Below, piece after piece: positions 63,201-64,000 of a stretch of 64,000 bases of DNA (the first letter of the stretch is position 1; every line of letters begins with the position of its first letter). Below the pieces are notes generated by a model. That model searched no databases and was not told where the DNA came from. It saw only the letters and a list, made by a program, of their open reading frames with translations. The stretch spans positions 16,802,001 to 16,866,000 of the forward strand of contig NC_043015.1 in assembly GCF_006345805.1 (NCBI RefSeq), given 5' to 3'. A program made the position numbers and the translations under genes. The DNA comes from Octopus sinensis (Eukaryota).

Positions 63201-63626
63201 CACATTAAAATGTTGATAAGTAAAAAAGTTACAGTTATAAAGGGTTAATGAAAAGAGATAAATTATTGAGATATATAAAAAAGATATAAAATCTGTCTCA
63301 ATGCAATGAATATCTACTGTTTAATGCTAATACAAAGTCACACTCACATAGATAATTTAGTACAAATTTTCATGTATACTATCAGATTATTCAACAACTT
63401 TTTTTAATCATAGAAAAACAAATTGTTTATAAGGTGATGAGTCTAAATCCCAACTGTTACTAACCTATAGGTGGGGCTTCAAATAATTTTGTACGTGGTT
63501 TGTGCTCCCTTAAATAATATGAACGTCGAGGTGGTTCTTGTGTCTCACTATCATCATCTGCATCATCATCATCCTCATCAACTTCTTCATCAACATCACC
63601 CTGGTTGTCTTGACACTCATCAAAAT
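11794..63626 (-). CDS. ATAD2: ATPase family AAA domain-containing protein 2 (ATAD2/ATAD2B co-ortholog); spliced gene, 19 coding exons in window, 5' part beyond position 64000
   Basis: Joined exons give an acidic tract, Walker A GPPGTGKT, Walker B IIFFDEID, arginine finger [11 protein letters not shown], a degenerate second AAA domain ([13 protein letters not shown]), a bromodomain (PVDIEDVPDYY...NALEYNP) and the C-terminal domain ([13 protein letters not shown]), in the order of recalled human ATAD2. Confidence 0.96.
11967..12179 (-). CDS. ATAD2: ATAD2 penultimate exon ([33 protein letters not shown]...); acceptor uncertain (12179 or 12199)
   Basis: Matches the human C-terminal domain (YNIFQLENLYAVISQCIY); gtaagt donor at 11966. 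Confidence 0.88.
12810..13210 (-). mobile_element. tRNA-derived SINE with CORE-like segment and internal (CA/TA)n; resembles octopus OR-type SINEs
   Basis: Reverse strand: A box TGGCTGTGTGG, B box GGTTCAGTCCC, then cttgggcaagtgtct, microsatellite and a tail ending (agtaaa)n. Other copies at 28990-29330 and 57440-57770. Confidence 0.85.
13580..13998. repeat. Perfect 32-bp inverted repeat (13580-13611 / 13967-13998)
   Basis: catctccaactcactccctggtcccggtctcc is the exact reverse complement of ggagaccgggaccagggagtgagttggagatg. Confidence 0.95.
13647..14728 (+). mobile_element. Probable solo LTR (1082 bp)
   Basis: Ends TGTTAT...GTAACA, flanked by ATAT (13643-13646 and 14729-14732); internal TATA/Inr; CpG-rich relative to flanks. 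Confidence 0.75.
13908..13943 (+). promoter_or_regulatory. TATA box + initiator core promoter inside the solo LTR, antisense to ATAD2
   Basis: TATAAATA at 13908-13915 and TCAGTC at 13938-13943 (A+1 at 13940, 32 nt from the first T of the TATA box). Confidence 0.55.
15485..15800. mobile_element. Two tandem partial copies of a SINE-like repeat
   Basis: Repeated blocks ggcacaa...ggggag...ttacatcaac...(a)ggatgaaaggc...atttgaa at about 15485-15600 and 15682-15800. Confidence 0.55.
16130..17030 (+). mobile_element. Decayed RTE LINE (RT C-terminus); boundaries approximate
   Basis: YTDDLVLI-like motif at about 16145 and similarity to the RTE at 29640-30575. Confidence 0.65.
17812..18480. repeat. 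Pyrimidine-rich low-complexity tract
   Basis: Long C/T-rich stretch without a clear period. Confidence 0.6.
18880..20110 (+). mobile_element. Decayed pogo/Tigger-type (DDE_1) transposon; ends not defined
   Basis: Motifs [12 protein letters not shown] (about 19136), IFNTDET (about 19274), IDNIPSHP (about 19535) and [13 protein letters not shown] (about 19615). Confidence 0.75.
20871..21811 (-). CDS. ATAD2: ATAD2 941-nt exon encoding a Ser/Thr-rich low-complexity region
   Basis: Stop-free frame continuous with ORF 20850..21653; strong acceptor ttttcttattcatttag and gtaagt donor. Confidence 0.88.
22186..22389. mobile_element. Mariner-type MITE
   Basis: About 30-bp imperfect TIRs with TA at 22184-22185 and 22390-22391. 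Confidence 0.7.
23282..24333. repeat. 152-bp direct duplication (23282-23433 and 24182-24333); second copy lies in a LINE remnant at about 23750-24450
   Basis: Offset exactly 900 bp, with a long identical core aaccagatcatcaatatgctataaaagtag. Confidence 0.9.
24721..25143 (-). mobile_element. Mariner 3' fragment
   Basis: ORF 24718..25017 [20 protein letters not shown]...; TIR ttgtgttgagtcaaaagttttgcaa after TA. Confidence 0.85.
25165..25725 (+). mobile_element. Internally deleted RTE fragment with 3' tail
   Basis: [33 protein letters not shown], then a tail as at 7225-7385. Confidence 0.8.
25878..26132 (+). mobile_element. Mariner 3' fragment, same family as 24721-25143, opposite orientation
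   Basis: Aligns to the reverse complement of 24721-24965; TIR ttgcaaaacttttaactcaacacaa followed by TA. Confidence 0.85.
26363..27613 (+). mobile_element. Decayed full-length mariner (Mos1/Hsmar1-like transposase)
   Basis: Imperfect TIRs with TA flanks; fragments [51 protein letters not shown] with stops and frameshifts. Confidence 0.92.
28188..28310 (-). CDS. ATAD2: ATAD2 exon, bromodomain end ([16 protein letters not shown]...NSRKRR); GC donor
   Basis: ttttatctag acceptor; matches human RLIRHRACALRDTAYA...ESRKKRG; donor reads AG|GCAAGT. Confidence 0.9.
28990..29330 (-). mobile_element. tRNA-derived SINE copy (family of 12810-13210)
   Basis: Shares ccaaatccactc...agaagac...ggaaccatgtggttgg...ttaccacacagc. 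Confidence 0.8.
29331..30575 (-). mobile_element. 5'-truncated RTE LINE (RT C-terminus, Cys-rich insert, tandem-repeat 3' UTR)
   Basis: ORFs 30011..30613 ([23 protein letters not shown]...CSICRKGVG) and 29643..30014 ([11 protein letters not shown]...GRGRPRKTW). Confidence 0.92.
30645..30740. repeat. Compound minisatellite, 3 units of about 31-33 bp, (TA/CA)n-ACATACCAACAA
   Basis: Three visible copies ending acataccaacaa. Confidence 0.9.
30741..33165 (+). mobile_element. 5'-truncated CR1-clade LINE (endonuclease end, RT, 3' UTR), frameshifted
   Basis: NILDLCFTN...[52 protein letters not shown]. Confidence 0.95.
33165..33278. repeat. (TA)n/(CA)n/(TACA)n compound microsatellite
   Basis: Seen directly. 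Confidence 0.95.
33949..34108 (-). CDS. ATAD2: ATAD2 exon, bromodomain core ([14 protein letters not shown]...NALEYNPD)
   Basis: AG/GT boundaries; acetyl-lysine-binding Asn conserved. Confidence 0.96.
34484..34677 (-). CDS. ATAD2: ATAD2 exon, bromodomain start (EELPRAPPP...LRELRLFLR...FMRPVDIED)
   Basis: AG/GT boundaries, translation match. Confidence 0.96.
35247..36379 (-). mobile_element. Non-autonomous Helitron-like element (1133 bp)
   Basis: On the - strand: A|TC 5' end, (CTGT)n near the 5' end, 3' hairpin CCCGG-GCAACG-CCGGG followed by CTTG|T (CTRR variant); no TSD; CpG-rich. Confidence 0.8.
36540..36675 (-). CDS. ATAD2: ATAD2 exon (LKELF...[18 protein letters not shown])
   Basis: AG/GT boundaries, translation match. 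Confidence 0.94.
36771..36956 (-). CDS. ATAD2: ATAD2 exon ([18 protein letters not shown]...LLLATS)
   Basis: AG/GT boundaries, translation match. Confidence 0.95.
37988..39170 (+). mobile_element. Decayed mariner, same family as 4375-5527
   Basis: Collinear similarity to the first copy ([28 protein letters not shown]; [14 protein letters not shown]); right TIR cagcctatgaacttttcagcc. Confidence 0.88.
40192..40378 (-). CDS. ATAD2: ATAD2 exon, second AAA domain ([21 protein letters not shown]...PEESCTQ)
   Basis: AG/GT boundaries, translation match. Confidence 0.95.
40588..40741 (-). CDS. ATAD2: ATAD2 linker exon ([25 protein letters not shown]...YLDFQ)
   Basis: Open frame, AG/GT boundaries, phases 1 to 2 fit neighbours. 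Confidence 0.85.
42108..42422 (-). CDS. ATAD2: ATAD2 exon ([16 protein letters not shown]...RRYPQIY...)
   Basis: AG/GT boundaries; within ORF 42076..42453. Confidence 0.96.
43430..43625 (-). mobile_element. RTE 3' tail fragment with (GAT)n tail
   Basis: Reverse complement of the 7196-7385 type sequence. Confidence 0.85.
45049..45139 (-). CDS. ATAD2: ATAD2 exon ([30 protein letters not shown])
   Basis: AG/GT boundaries; matches human ARKEILKIHTRDWNP. Confidence 0.93.
45996..50094 (+). mobile_element. Ty3/Gypsy LTR retrotransposon (CsRn1-clade-like), defective
   Basis: 5' LTR 45996-46773, deleted 3' LTR 49980-50094, TSD TCTG (45992-45995 and 50095-50098). Gag [20 protein letters not shown], RNase [12 protein letters not shown], integrase HPG...[36 protein letters not shown]. 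Confidence 0.95.
46781..46901 (+). repeat. Four PBS-like units of about 36 bp after the 5' LTR
   Basis: TGGTGAC/TGGTGAA/CGGTGAC starts at 46781, 46816, 46854 and 46889. Confidence 0.8.
52081..53003 (+). mobile_element. Internal fragment of the same CR1 family as 30741-33165
   Basis: Aligns to about 30889-31845 (aatctctccaa...aaagagatcctca...cagcatgg.tttcga). Confidence 0.9.
54562..54810 (-). CDS. ATAD2: ATAD2 exon (Walker B, sensor, Arg finger)
   Basis: [27 protein letters not shown]; AG/GT boundaries. Confidence 0.97.
55028..55176 (-). CDS. ATAD2: ATAD2 exon ([15 protein letters not shown]...[17 protein letters not shown])
   Basis: Walker A; AG/GT boundaries. Confidence 0.97.
55304..55445 (-). 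CDS. ATAD2: ATAD2 exon ([25 protein letters not shown]...FYGPP)
   Basis: AG/GT boundaries, AAA domain start. Confidence 0.96.
55930..56850 (+). mobile_element. Very decayed LINE (endonuclease-like DDFNTHN motif at about 56080); boundaries approximate
   Basis: Only a few motif remnants. Confidence 0.45.
57129..57240 (-). CDS. ATAD2: ATAD2 exon (CLPMNY...[12 protein letters not shown])
   Basis: AG/GT boundaries, translation match. Confidence 0.95.
57440..57770 (-). mobile_element. tRNA-derived SINE copy (family of 12810-13210)
   Basis: Shares tttactcacaaggcattgg...ctatagcagaagac...aaccatatggtt...ttaaccacaca. Confidence 0.8.
58320..58433 (-). CDS. ATAD2: ATAD2 exon ([31 protein letters not shown])
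   Basis: AG/GT boundaries, translation match. Confidence 0.92.
58728..58830 (-). mobile_element. RTE 3' tail fragment
   Basis: catcattgaacatccacttttctatgc...agatgcctttcctgttgccaacc resembles 43430-43580. Confidence 0.65.
58975..59455 (+). mobile_element. RTE 3' end (ORF end, repeat units, tail)
   Basis: Collinear with 6770-7385; ends gcatggaaagcggacgttaaacaatg. Confidence 0.75.
59900..60310 (+). mobile_element. Tc1/maT-like transposase C-terminal remnant
   Basis: [17 protein letters not shown]; [25 protein letters not shown]; MEAQASYFE*. Confidence 0.7.
60560..61400 (+). mobile_element. RTE endonuclease remnant
   Basis: ORF 60593..60946 GGVGIL...DRII...IVAGDFN...RLLEFC. Confidence 0.8.
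61670..61781 (-). CDS. ATAD2: ATAD2 exon ([18 protein letters not shown]...RSPAHRN)
   Basis: AG/GT boundaries; phase 1 in, phase 2 out, fitting neighbours. Confidence 0.82.
62257..63244. mobile_element. Non-autonomous piggyBac-like element (988 bp)
   Basis: TTAA|CCCTTT...AAAGGG|TTAA; subterminal CCGCCCAAA repeats at the left end; internal duplication with 180-bp offset; CpG-retaining. Confidence 0.75.
63465..63626 (-). CDS. ATAD2: ATAD2 exon, acidic tract + RSYYLREHK
   Basis: tgttattag acceptor, gttagt donor; matches human acidic tract and KRYYLRQRK. Confidence 0.88.
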
Positions 63627-64000
63627 CTAATAACATTAATACATAACTTCATAAACAGTTTTAAATAAAACAAACATCAAAATATTTTATTTAAAGCAAA
63701 CAGTAAATTTTAAAAACAAAAAAAATTAGAACTTATTTAGATAGCCTTTTTCATTTGAAATCAATACAATCTTTATACAAAGTACGTTATTAAAAACAAA
63801 AATAAATGAAATAAAAACATGAAAACATTTTTTAAATAGTTAAAAAAAAGTGATAAGTTGATGAAGCAAATAACTTTGTTAACTTCAAATGTTATGCACA
63901 GCAAGAGAAAAAAAGGATTCAAAACTAAGGAATACCAATAATTAATTGTTGGTCTCACATAGAAAGGCTGGATGGAGGGGTAAATATTCAATAAATTACT

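Noticed and set aside
1-64000. snRNA, snoRNA, rRNA or miRNA genes
   Set aside because: None recognised by eye; an Infernal/Rfam scan would be needed to exclude short intronic RNAs.

Overview
AT-rich animal genomic DNA, most likely an octopus or other coleoid cephalopod (inferred from the SINE, RTE and CR1 repeat content, not proven). Two spliced host genes converge tail-to-tail. HADHB (mitochondrial trifunctional enzyme beta subunit/thiolase) lies on the + strand, with 12 coding exons at 121-10970 and its 5' end outside the window. An ATAD2/ATAD2B-type AAA+ ATPase-bromodomain gene lies on the - strand, with 19 coding exons at 63626-11794 and its 5' end outside the window. Exon phases chain in frame by hand, with one GC-AG intron required and one ambiguous acceptor. 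The introns are dense with decayed mobile DNA: mariner, pogo and Tc1/maT remnants, a piggyBac-like element, a Helitron, RTE and CR1 LINEs, a Penelope fragment, tRNA-derived SINEs, a Gypsy LTR element nested in an RTE, and a probable solo LTR. I found no intact transposase/RT ORF, RNA gene or CRISPR array, and no clearly new multi-gene system. The most unusual structures are (1) a solo LTR with a perfect 32-bp inverted copy of its own leader just outside it, (2) a mariner-derived segment with two 3' ends, (3) a tandemly repeated primer-binding-site-like motif in the Gypsy element, and (4) a SINE and a CR1 LINE sharing a 3' tail.
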